From Acidobacteriota bacterium (GTDB taxonomy: Bacteria; Acidobacteriota; UBA890; WLXD01), in NCBI GenBank assembly GCA_963666055.2, contig CAXWPH010000015.1:320001-384000 (forward strand): a stretch of DNA of 64,000 bases, written 5' to 3'. This document shows, in pieces, positions 20,966 through 31,377 of the stretch. Each line of letters starts with the position of its first letter. Position 1 is the first letter of the stretch. The position numbers and the translations under genes are program-made. The notes below the pieces were generated by a model. It did no database searches and was not told the origin of the DNA. It saw only the letters and a program-made list of their open reading frames with translations.

Positions 20966-22378
20966 CGCGGCCTCTCTAGCGCCAGACTGGCTCCCGCAGA
21001 TACAGCATGGTCGGAGCGAATCAAGATAGCCTCAAGTAGCGCCAGTCCCCAGGGTCCGAAGCGGTCGCTGAGCCTTCTGAAGCGCGACGGCTGATCCCAG
21101 CCGACAATGCTAAGGTCGGCCGGTGCGCTGACCGACGCACCTGCCACCACCCCGGACACGGTCTCGAGCGTTCCGTCAGAGTGGCTCTTGGTCCGCAACC
21201 GGGGTACTTCTTTACGGGCTTCCACGACCTGCGGGGTCAGCGTCCCGATAAAGTCGGTCCAGTCTGACTGATCCCATCCGGGCGGCGTGCTTGCAGCCTT
21301 GACCACGGTCAGAATCTCCTTCACCGCTTCGTCCTGCTCCGCCTGGTCGATGTCTTCATCCTCGTCGTTGATCCCCAACGCCGTGTCAATGAGCCCGCCG
21401 AGCCCAACGCCACACAGGCGCTTGATCGCTCTCGCATCGAGCGGCAATCCCCGGCCGAAGAGGGATACGTCCACGACGGGATCAGAAGCAGTTGGATTCC
21501 AGCCGAACGCATCCAGCAAGCCTCGATCTGTCGGCAAGATGACCTGATCGCCCGGCCGAAGGTCTGAAACCGAAGTCGCTTCCACCGTATGGCCGTCAGA
21601 GGTCAAGCGGCACAGATCGTTGTCGCCCAGGACGTCGCGCACTTCGCCAATCGGAACTTCGACCGCTTCACGATCCGTGGCGCGGGGCCACAACCGCTGA
21701 CCCTCTTGCGGCACATGGACGCGCCAGATCAACGACACCGAGTATTGCGGACCGGCGATACCGCTGAAGTACGGCTCGACGGGAGCTTCGCCATCAGGTG
21801 GAGTGGTCGTCTTCGTCCATTCCCATAGAATCCCGGGCAAGACCTCCGGCGCCCGACCGGGGACATCGTTTGGCGGCCCCAAGACTTCGGCCACTCGCCT
21901 CGGCGACAGCTCCACGGTACCGGTCCCTTCGTCGCCGCAAGCATCCTGCAATCTCTTGAGGACGCCTGCAGCCTCGCTGCCGTAGACCGGCCAAGTGTCG
22001 GAATCCCCTCCGTGGGGCTTGCCGCCGCGCCGCAGCTTGGGGGGCGGCAGATGCACATAAACAGCTTGCGCATGCTCGTATCGTCCTAGCCGATTCAGTC
22101 TGCCCAGCCGCTGTGTGAGCGCCCGCACACCGCACGCCTCCGTGACCAGATATTCTGCGTCGATGTCCGCACCGACCTCCAGGGTCTGGGTGGCGACCAC
22201 GATCAGATGGCGTTGCCGGCCAAGGCTGGCGTCGCGCTTCGCGTCCATGCCGTGTTCTCGATCGAGGATCTTCGCGCGTATCCGGTTGGCTTCCCGTTCG
22301 CGCGTGAGCCCAGTCAAGAGCAGCACATCGGCCGCTGCCCCCGTCATCAACTTGCGTAGACGGCCGAAGGTCTCCCGC
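20962..22378 (-). pseudogene. cas3: type I-G Cas3, 5'-truncated and apparently missing the HD catalytic core
   Basis: helicase motifs VATQTLEVGADID and QRLGRLNRLG; I-G C-terminus RFGPWGLALLEAILIRSDH; no Walker A/B, no HD or HHG motifs. Confidence 0.85.
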
Positions 22379-22455
22379 CACCTGGTACTCGGCCGCCTCT
22401 CTGGGCGGGACGATCTGCCGAATGTCCAGCACGAGGCGCCCCGAGCGGCTCAAAC

Positions 22456-23250
22456 GTGGCGTACGCTCGCCTTCCGCGGGGTGGTGGCTCAGGTATCTAC
22501 AGCCTTGATCTCGATGCTGGTGGACGTCGTATACCGCTCTACCGCTCCGGTACGGTCGCAACCTGGCCGGTGTGGAGTCCGGACGGAGAGTGGGTCGCTT
22601 TCGTTTCCGTCTCCGACACCGGTTACAACGTGTTTCGAGTCCGTGCCGACGGGAGCGGGGACGTGGAGCAACTGACGTCCGCGCGCAATGTTCGTACCAT
22701 TGCGAGCTCCTGGTCCGTTGACGGTGTTCTTGCCATCGAGCAGGGCCCCAACAATCAGAGGGACATTCTCCTGCTGCCGATGGGCAATGGCGAGGAACAT
22801 GGGCTGCAGGAATTCCTCGTCGGCGAGTACAACGAGCGCGGAGCGAAGTTCTCCCCGGACGGCCGATGGCTCGCTTACACCTCCGATCGTTCAGGGCTCG
22901 ATCAGATCTGGGTCGTCCCTTACCCGGAGGGCGGCGCGCCCGTGCTCGTTTCAATCGGTGGCGGCAAGGAGCCCGCCTGGTCGCGCGCCGGTGCGGAGCT
23001 GTTCTACCGGAACAGTGACGAAATGTGGGTCGTCCCCTATGAGGCTGGCGCGACCTTCAACCCGGGCGACCCCGAGCTACTTTTTCGCGGTGACTATAGC
23101 TATGGATATGTCGACTGGTCCTTCAACTACGACGTCTACCCGGATGGACAGAGGTTCCTGATGGTGAAGGACGGCCCGGTGCCGAAGCTGCAGGTTCTGG
23201 TCAACTGGTTCGAGGAGTTGAAGCGGCGCGTACCTACGGGCGGCTCCTGA
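22456..23250 (+). pseudogene. C-terminal PD40/TolB-like beta-propeller of a Ser/Thr kinase (N-terminus missing)
   Basis: PVWSPDG, FSPDGRWLAYTSD, YDVYPDGQRFLMV, terminal NWFEELKRRVP. Confidence 0.85.
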
Positions 23251-25553
23251 TGGTCGGCAAGACGCTCGGTCACTACGAGATTCTGTCCCCGCTCGGTGAA
23301 GGCGGCATGGGGCAGGTGTACCGAGCACGAGACACGACGCTGGATCGTGATGTCGCCATCAAGGTGCTGCCGGAGGACTTCGCCAGCGACCCTGCCCGGC
23401 TTGCTCGGTTCGAGCGCGAAGCAAAGCTGCTTGCCTCGCTGAACCACCCCAACATCGCCACCATCTTCGGCTTTGAGGAATCCGACGGTGTGCACTTCAT
23501 CGCCATGGAGTTGGTCGAGGGGCAGAGCCTCGCCGAGCGGATTGAAGCCTCTGGACGCATAGATGTCGATGAGGCGCTGGAGACCGCTCGCCGGATCGCT
23601 TTGGCGCTGGAAGCGGCTCACGAGGCTGGTGTCATCCATCGCGACCTCAAACCCGCCAACGTCCAGGTTGCGCCGGATGGAACGGTCAAGGTGCTCGACT
23701 TTGGTATCGCCAAGGTCCAGGAGCCCGAGGGGTCATCGGATCTGAGCCAGTCGCCCACCGCGATGTTGCCCACGGCGACCGGCGTGATCATGGGCACGGC
23801 TCCCTACATGAGCCCGGAGCAGGCTCGGGGTCAGCCAGTCGATAAGCGTACCGACATCTGGTCGTTCGGCTGTGTGCTTTACGAGATGCTGACAGGAGAC
23901 AGAGCGTTCGAGCGCGGGACGCATGCGGACACACTTAGTGCCATCCTCGGGCATGACCCCGGTTGGGACGATCTGCCGGCGGACGTACCTACCACCGTTC
24001 GAACTCTTGTGATTCGAACGCTTCAGAAAAATGCTAACCGTCGCCTGCGGGATATTGGCGATGCGCGGTTGGAGATCGAGGATGCCATAGACCACCGGGT
24101 CGGCCTTCGAGTGGCACGGCCGAGCCGGGGAGGGGCTGGTGGCGCGGTGGACATGGACACGGGCCACATCGACTCCATCGCCGTACTGCCGCTGACGAAT
24201 CTCTCGAACGACATCGAGCAGGAGTACTTCTCGGACGGCATGACCGAAGCATTGATCACCGACTTGGCCAAGATTCGGGCGCTCAAAGTGATCTCCCGGA
24301 CCTCGGTGATGCGCTACAAGGGATCCGATAAGCCCCTGCCCGAGATCGCTCGGGAGCTGGGAGTCAAAGGGATCGTCGAGGGCTCGGTGCTGCGCGCAGG
24401 CGACCGGGTTCGGATCACCGCTCAGCTCATTGATGCCGCCTCAGACACGCACCTCTGGGCCGAGAGCTACGACCGTGAGCTCCGGAACATCCTTTCCCTG
24501 CAAGGCGAAGTCGCTCACGCCATCGCTCAGGAAGTCAAGGTTAAGCTGACGCCCCAAGAGGAGACACGGCTCGTCAGCAAGAGCACTGTCAACCCAGCCG
24601 CGCACGAGGCCTATCTCAAGGGCCGTTACTTCTGGAATCAGCGCGGACCAGGATTGAAGAAATCGATCGAGTTGTTCGAACGCGCATTGGTCCACGATGA
24701 GCACTACGCTCCTGCATATGCCGGCTTGGCGGATGCCTACGCCTTGCTGGGGTTTTATGCTTACGCCCCCCCGCGAGAGGTCATGCTCAAGGCCAAGGCG
24801 GCGGCACTCAAGGCGCTGGAGATTGACGAGCACTTGGCGGAGGCGCACGCCTCTCTCGGCTATATCTACATGACTTTCGAGTGGGAGCGGGACAAGGCGG
24901 TCAGGGAACTGCAACGAGCCCTCGAGCTCAACCCGAGCTATGGCCCAGCGCACATCTGGTATGGCGTTTGGCTCTGGTCGGCAGGTCGCCTAGAGGAAGC
25001 TGATGCGGAGTTCAGACGTGGCTTGGAGCGGGATCCTTTGTCCGCCGTTATTCATACCCATTTGGGCATTGGTCTCATGCTGGCACACAAGTACGCGGAG
25101 GCTTCCCAGCAACTGCTCCAGGGTCTCGAGTTGGACCCCGACGACGCTGTCGCCCGTGCTTCACTGGGGTTGGCTTATCATTTCCAGTCGCGATTCGAAG
25201 ACGGCATCCGCGAGCTTCAGCGGGCCGTGGACTCGTCTGGACGACGCGCCTGGCCCCTGGGCACCCTCGGGATGGTCTATGCGGCCAACGGATACGCAGA
25301 GGAGGCTCAGACGGTCCTGTCAGAGCTGAAAGACAGAGCGCAGAAGGAATACATCGACGCTGTGTGGGTGGCCTCCATTCATGCCTTGCTTGGTGAGAAA
25401 GACGGGGCCTTTGAGTGGCTCGAGAGAGCTCTCGACGAACGGTCTTCCTTCGTCGGCACGTTTCAATGGACGCAGCCTCTTTCGGCGTTCGGAAGTCTCG
25501 CAGACGATGCCCGCTTCCACGACCTCGTGCGCCGCATCGGTAGCGGAGGGTGA
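23250..25553 (+). CDS. Hanks-type Ser/Thr protein kinase with TolB-N-like and TPR domains
   Basis: LGEGGMGQVY, VAIK, HRDLKPAN, DFG, YMSPE; SIAVLPL...EYFSDGMTE; TPR repeats. Confidence 0.95.
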   Translation: MVGKTLGHYEILSPLGEGGMGQVYRARDTTLDRDVAIKVLPEDFASDPARLARFEREAKLLASLNHPNIATIFGFEESDGVHFIAMELVEGQSLAERIEASGRIDVDEALETARRIALALEAAHEAGVIHRDLKPANVQVAPDGTVKVLDFGIAKVQEPEGSSDLSQSPTAMLPTATGVIMGTAPYMSPEQARGQPVDKRTDIWSFGCVLYEMLTGDRAFERGTHADTLSAILGHDPGWDDLPADVPTTVRTLVIRTLQKNANRRLRDIGDARLEIEDAIDHRVGLRVARPSRGGAGGAVDMDTGHIDSIAVLPLTNLSNDIEQEYFSDGMTEALITDLAKIRALKVISRTSVMRYKGSDKPLPEIARELGVKGIVEGSVLRAGDRVRITAQLIDAASDTHLWAESYDRELRNILSLQGEVAHAIAQEVKVKLTPQEETRLVSKSTVNPAAHEAYLKGRYFWNQRGPGLKKSIELFERALVHDEHYAPAYAGLADAYALLGFYAYAPPREVMLKAKAAALKALEIDEHLAEAHASLGYIYMTFEWERDKAVRELQRALELNPSYGPAHIWYGVWLWSAGRLEEADAEFRRGLERDPLSAVIHTHLGIGLMLAHKYAEASQQLLQGLELDPDDAVARASLGLAYHFQSRFEDGIRELQRAVDSSGRRAWPLGTLGMVYAANGYAEEAQTVLSELKDRAQKEYIDAVWVASIHALLGEKDGAFEWLERALDERSSFVGTFQWTQPLSAFGSLADDARFHDLVRRIGSGG

Positions 25554-26426
25554 AACGCATGCCAACCGATCCTCTCCTTGCCCCCGAGTTCCTGGAGCGC
25601 GTGCTCGCGAAGCTCCGCCTTATGGAGCGGCCGCGGCTCGACCTCGCAGGGCTCAAGAGCCTGTACGCCGCCTTTTGCGGTCGCGTGCCAGACGACAACA
25701 TCCAGAAGCGAATCTGGTTCGCTTCGGACCAGGAGACGCCGGTCACGGGGGGGGGGGGGGGGGGGGGGGGGGGAGCCCCAGGAGTTCTTTGAGAACTGGT
25801 TAGCGCACGGAACAGGGGGCACCTGCTGGCCCCAGAGCGGTGCGCTCTGCACCTTGCTGCAATCGGTCGGCTTCGGCGCGCGCCGCATCGCCGGGCGGAT
25901 CGTTCTAGACGAATACCCCGGCATCAACCATGGGTCGGTCGTCGTCACCCTGGACGGCGCAGACTACCTGACCGACGGTCAGATGGCCTTCTTCAACCCC
26001 CTGCCGCTCACGCCCGGCGTCCCCTCCCGGAGCGGTGCTGGCTTTCATGACATCGGCGCTGAACCTGTTGGGAGAGGCTTCGAAGCCACCTTCTATCCCG
26101 GCGCGAAACGTGAGACGCCGTTTTGCTTCCGCACTGATCCGGATCACGATCCGGTTGACCACGCTTTCTTTCTCGGCGGCTACGACCGGTCCAGGCACTC
26201 CTCTCCGTTCAACGACGCCCTCTACGTCTCCCGCCACTTTCCTGATTCCATCGTCACTCTGTTTCGGCACATCAAGATTACGGTCGCCTCCGACAATACG
26301 GTAACGAAGACAGAGATCAGCGATGCAGAGCGCAAGAAGGTCCTCGTCGAGGAGCTCGGCATCTCCCAGGAGATGGCGGAAGGGTTGCCTCCCGACGAGT
26401 CGGGCGGAGATGACTTTCTTCTGTGA
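25550..26426 (+). CDS. arylamine N-acetyltransferase-like protein, split by a poly-G tract
   Basis: VPDDNIQK, GTGGTCW (Cys), NHGSVVV (His), YLTD (Asp) triad pattern; 27-G run at 25747-25773 shifts the frame. Confidence 0.75.
25747..25773 (+). repeat. G27 homopolymer
   Basis: 27 consecutive G counted. Confidence 0.9.
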
Positions 26427-26520
26427 CCTGCCCCAGGTGTTTGGATCACTTCGTAACCTCATGGAATCGGTCATGAAAAGAGGTTGTTGGAGCCGACGGA
26501 GCGACCAGGAGGTCCCCGGT

Positions 26521-26640
26521 ATGATCCTCGTCACCAACTGGTTCGAGGAATTGAACCGGCTCGTGCCCACGGACGGCTCCTGATGGTCGGCAAGACGCTC
26601 GGCCACTACGAGATCCTGTCCCCGCTCGGTGCAGGCGGCA
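26521..26640 (+). repeat. orphan kinase tail/head junction copy
   Basis: encodes MILVTNWFEELNRLVPTDGS* overlapping MVGKTLGHYEILSPLGAGG; matches ~23195-23307 and in part 27721-27778. Confidence 0.9.
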
Positions 26641-26644
26641 GCCG

Positions 26645-27712
26645 ATGAGAACTTGCGTCTTGTGCGCAGCTCTTGTGGTCGGCGGGCATGTGAGCGCGGC
26701 CGTTGCGCAGACTCTCGAGGTAGGCATCATCGACTTTTACGGGCTGCGCGAGGTCGCCGAAAAGGACCTCAGAGGGGCACTCGGGGTAAGCGAGGGCGCC
26801 CAGCTTGACCGAGAGGATTGGGCCGCTAGCAAGTCAGACGTGGTGGCACGGCTGGAGGCACTGACGAATGTCGTTGCGGCCCGGATTCAGGCGGTCTGTT
26901 GCGACGAAGGCAAGGTGACCCTCTACCTCGGCATTCAGGAAGACGCACGTACCGTCTTCGAGTTGCACCCGGCGCCGCAGGCCGACGTGGTGCTCCCGGA
27001 CGAGATTGTCGCGACCGGAGAACGCTTCGCGCAGGCGATGATGGAGGCAATTCAAGCCGGGGACAGCGGCGACGATATGTCGCAAGGCCACTCGCTGGTA
27101 TCGAATCCGGTCATGCGCGCCGAGCAGGAGAAGCTCCTCGTGTACGCCGAGGAGTATCGACAGATCATTCGGGACGTCTTACGGAAGGCTGCTGACGACG
27201 ACCAGCGGGCGATCGCAGCATGGACGCTCGGCTACGCGGCCGACAAGGCAAGCGTCGTTGATGATCTTCTGTACGCCGTGAGGGACTCCAACGAAGTCGT
27301 TCGCAACAACGCCACGCGCGCGCTCGCAGCGATCGCTCAACTCGGCCAAGCGCAACCGGCGCTCGGGATCGAGATTCCGTTCGAGCCGTTCATCGACATG
27401 CTCAACTCGATCGAATGGAGCGACCGCAACAAGGCGGGGTTCGTCTTGAGGACGCTCACGGAGACAGGCGATCCTGAGCTGCTTGAACAACTACGCGAGC
27501 GCACCCTCGAGTCGCTTGCGGAGATGGCGCAGTGGAAGAGTTCGGGTCACGCGATGGCGTACTTCCTGATCCTCGGGCGAATCGCGGGCATGTCGGACGA
27601 GGAGATCTTCGAAGCGTTCAGCACCGGTGGACGCGCGGAGGCAGTAAACGCCTTGCTCGAGCTGATTGGAGCCCACGGGCCTTTGAAACCGCGTCTGCGA
27701 CTGGCAAGGTAG
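26645..27712 (+). CDS. secreted HEAT-repeat protein with POTRA-like N-terminus
   Basis: signal peptide; IDFYGLREV; DSNEVVRNNATRALAAI HEAT-like helices. Confidence 0.7.
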   Translation: MRTCVLCAALVVGGHVSAAVAQTLEVGIIDFYGLREVAEKDLRGALGVSEGAQLDREDWAASKSDVVARLEALTNVVAARIQAVCCDEGKVTLYLGIQEDARTVFELHPAPQADVVLPDEIVATGERFAQAMMEAIQAGDSGDDMSQGHSLVSNPVMRAEQEKLLVYAEEYRQIIRDVLRKAADDDQRAIAAWTLGYAADKASVVDDLLYAVRDSNEVVRNNATRALAAIAQLGQAQPALGIEIPFEPFIDMLNSIEWSDRNKAGFVLRTLTETGDPELLEQLRERTLESLAEMAQWKSSGHAMAYFLILGRIAGMSDEEIFEAFSTGGRAEAVNALLELIGAHGPLKPRLRLAR

Positions 27713-27720
27713 CCGTCATC

Positions 27721-30195
27721 GTGGTCGGCAAGACACTCGGTCATTACGAGATCCTCGCCCCGCTCGGTGCAGGCGGCATGGGGCAGGTGTACCGAGCACG
27801 CGACACAACACTGGATCGTGATGTCGCCATCAAGGTACTGCCCGAGGACTTCGCCAGCGATGCCGGTCGGCTGGCTCGCTTCGAGCGCGAAGCCAAGCTG
27901 CTCGCATCGCTGAACCACCCGAACATCGCCACGATCTTCGGGTTCGAGGAATCCGACGGTGTGCGCTTCATCGCCATGGAGTTGGTGGAGGGTCAGAGTC
28001 TCGCCGAGCGCATTGAAGGCTCCGGGCGCATCGAGGTTGATGAGGCACTGGAGATCGCCCGCCGGATCGCCCTGGCGCTAGAAGCCGCTCACGAGGCCGG
28101 AGTCATACATCGCGACCTGAAGCCGGCCAACGTGCAGGTGGCACCTGATGGCACCGTCAAGGTGCTCGACTTCGGGTTGGCCAAAGCCTACGAAGTGGAC
28201 GGCACGGAACCGTCGTCCGACGTGAGCCATTCGCCCACTGCGATGATGCCCACGGCCACGGGCGTGATCATGGGCACGGCTCCCTACATGAGCCCCGAAC
28301 AGGCGCGGGGCACCCCGGTCGATAGGCGGAGCGACATCTGGTCGTTTGGCTGCGTGCTCTACGAGATGCTCACAGGGAAGGCGGTTTTCGGCGGCAAGAC
28401 CGTGAGCGATGTCATCGCTGCCATCATCGAGCGTGAGCCGGATTGGAGCAGTCTGCCCGACCGTCTGCATCCAAGGCTGAGGGAATTGCTCGAGCGTTGC
28501 CTGGCGAAAGACCCACGAAGCCGATGGCACGATATTGCCGACGTCCGGCTGGATGTTGAAGGAGTCCAGAGAGATCCACACGGCACGGAGCAAAGGTTGA
28601 CGCCCTTCGACCGGGGCAAGAAAAGAACCTCGTCGGTGTGGGCGCTGGCTAGCTTCGTGTTGGGCGCGGTTGCGACGGGTGTGGTGATGTGGAGCCTGCC
28701 AGGCGCTGTCGATACGGATACTCGTACGGTGCGCTTCTCTTACTCGCTGCCGCAGACTCAGACGTGGACAGTTCGTTTCGGCAACCTCTTGGCCGTCTCG
28801 CCGGATGGGAGCAGGGTCGCATACGTAGCAGATCAACAGCTCTATCTACGCGGGCTGGATCAGCTCGAGGGCACACCGCTTCCCGGAACCGACGGTGCCT
28901 CCAGCCCGTTCTTCTCGCCGGATGGCAACTGGGTGGGGTTCGCGACCGAAGGCAGACTGAAGAGAGTCTCGGTCGCGGGAGGCGCTCCACTCGATATCTC
29001 GGTCGCCTGGGGGATAACGGGCGCGACCTGGGGAAGGAACGACACCATTGTCTTCGGAGGCGGGGTCGGTTCCGGTCTACTGCAAGTACCCGTGTCAGGA
29101 GGCATACCGCAGCCGGTGACTTTTCCGGATCCCGAAAAGGGCGAGGTCCACCATGGCCTTCCCCAGATGTTGCCCGATGGGAAGACGGTGGTGTTTACGG
29201 TTGCGACCGGGGAGGGGTCTCGTCTCGCGCTACTGTCGTTGGAAACGGGCAGCTGGCGGGAACTCATGCCTGCCGGCTCGGGGGCTCAGTACTTATCTGC
29301 CGGGTACTTGCTGTTTTCTGATGAAGGCAATCTGCGCCTCGTCCCGTTTGACCTCGACGATGGCGAGGTGAACGACTCCATCGTTCCTGTATTGGATGGC
29401 ATCGAGTGGGAGAACGCTGCCGGTTTGGAATTAGCTTCTTTCGCCGTGTCGCCCGCCGGTAACTTGGCGTACATTCCCGGCGATCTGCGGTTTCCCCTGA
29501 CAACCCCGGTGTGGGTCGACCGCAACGGGCGCGAAACGAGCATCGACGTCGATCCGGCACTGTACCTGGGAGCGTATATCTCACCCGACGGCCGGCGAGT
29601 CGCCTTCACCCGCGTCGCAGCAGACGGAAATGGAATCGGCGACGTGTGGGTTCTCGAGCTCGGCGCAAATCGAATGATTCCGGTCGTTCGCGAAGGGGCT
29701 GTCTACAACGCTATCTGGACGCCGGACGGCGCTATGCTCACCTTTACGCGCAACGGCAATCTGTTTGAGACGTTCGTGGACCGTGACGGCGCACCCACGA
29801 ATCTCCTGAGGCGCGAGAACTACCAGTTTTCTCGGTCGTGGTCTCCGAATGGGCAGTACCTGGCGTTTGTCGACCTGACGGCAGCCGGATTGAGTATCTG
29901 GATCTTGTCCCGCGAGGGCGATCTGTCGCCGCTAATGGATTCGAATTCCACCTCGAATTCCACCTCGCCCCGGTTCTCTCCCCAAGGCGGCTGGCTTGCG
30001 TATCTTTCTGACGAATCTGGACAGCCAGAAGTCTACGTTCGCCGTCACCCGGGCTCCGACCGAGGCCAGAGAGTGTCGAGCGAAGGAGGGCTGCAGCCGG
30101 TTTGGTCAGTCGACGGAAGGGAACTGTTCTACCGGAGTGGAGATCGGATGATGGCGGTGGCGATCACAACGGAACCGGATCTCTCGATCGGGACG
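27721..30195 (+). CDS. Ser/Thr kinase with TM segment and PD40 beta-propeller, C-terminus replaced at ~30195
   Basis: complete kinase motifs, many SPDG repeats; homology stops after EPDLSIGT, frame reads on to 30708 without the NWFEEL tail. Confidence 0.9.
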
Positions 30196-30444
30196 GCTCG
30201 TTGTAGTCGCGGCCGTCAGTCATCGCTCGACCTCCACAAGACTGCTCCTATCACAGAGAACCGTCAGCAGATCCTCCATGCTCATGATCGCGAGCAACTC
30301 ACTCCCCCTCCGTCGGTGTGGCATCCGCCGCCGCCTGATCCTCGGCGGTCAGCAGAAGCCCCACTCGCGCTCCCCGCGCTTGCTCTTGCGCCGCCTCGTG
30401 GCTCCACTCATGCGACCCCCTCTCGCTCCGCACTGGAGTGCGTA

Positions 30445-31377
30445 TCACTCGTAAACCGAGCGCTCGATGCTCCCTTCCCGTTGCCCGGTGCGCAGCTCCC
30501 GCCGGCGCTCCTCCAGCGTAAGGACTTCGAGCGAGTACTCGAGGCACCAATAGCACCGAAGGTGACCGGCATGCCGATAGCTCGCGCCGTAAGGGCCGTA
30601 CTCCCCGAAGCAAGGCCAGCACATCAACGGCGGGCGCCAGACGCGCTCGGCGTTGAAGTAGCCGCTGTGGCTCACCCAACCGTCGAGGTGCTCCCACGGC
30701 TCGCCTGACTGGCGGATTCGCTCCTCCAGCTCCCGCCGCCGGTCGCAGCACGGGCGGATCGTTTGGTCTGTAGAGATCGCATCCCACGCGACTCCCGATG
30801 GGAATGCGTATTGGCTCCACTCCAGGCCGAGTAAGCCGGCCATTTTCTCTGCTTGCGCAAGGTGCGCGAGGTATATCTCCGCTGCTGCTACGCGTTCATT
30901 GCCGCAATTCGAAACGACGACCAGGTGGTTCCACGTCGCTTCTTCAAGTAGCACGGCCTCTGTCATCGCTTCGACGTAACAGAACTTGTCAGGGTCCGCC
31001 CCTCCGAGGTCGCTCACGATCCGCGAGCGCAGCGACAAGGCCCTACCAACTGGGAGCCGGACACCCGTCGGCAGCGGACGCGGCCAGCCGCAGAACTTGA
31101 CGAAGAGATCGTGGTCCAGGAGCGACGAGTCGTGGCGGAGCGCAATCTCGGCGTCAACCCCACACCCAACAGAAAAACGTTCCTGCTCCGTGAGTTGAAG
31201 CGATGCCAGGATAGCGTCGAACGGAGCCGGCTTATCCCTGTGTTCCAAGAGCGGGCCCGCGAAGGCTTCAATCTGCTCGACGGGCAATGCCGGGCCCTCC
31301 GTCGCATAGTCAACCTGCGCCTCGGCGAACGCTTGCCGCTTCTCATCGAGGTCGATTCGCATCTCTTTGTCCATCAT
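30445..31377 (-). CDS. hypothetical protein with Cys-rich C-terminus
   Basis: 310-aa ORF, GGAGG RBS, coupled to upstream gene; CWPC and CYWC motifs. Confidence 0.6.
   Translation of the reverse strand: MMDKEMRIDLDEKRQAFAEAQVDYATEGPALPVEQIEAFAGPLLEHRDKPAPFDAILASLQLTEQERFSVGCGVDAEIALRHDSSLLDHDLFVKFCGWPRPLPTGVRLPVGRALSLRSRIVSDLGGADPDKFCYVEAMTEAVLLEEATWNHLVVVSNCGNERVAAAEIYLAHLAQAEKMAGLLGLEWSQYAFPSGVAWDAISTDQTIRPCCDRRRELEERIRQSGEPWEHLDGWVSHSGYFNAERVWRPPLMCWPCFGEYGPYGASYRHAGHLRCYWCLEYSLEVLTLEERRRELRTGQREGSIERSVYE

Noticed and set aside
30196-30708. Pro-rich C-terminal extension of the second kinase as a real domain
   Set aside because: Read-through into foreign DNA that overlaps a gene on the opposite strand.
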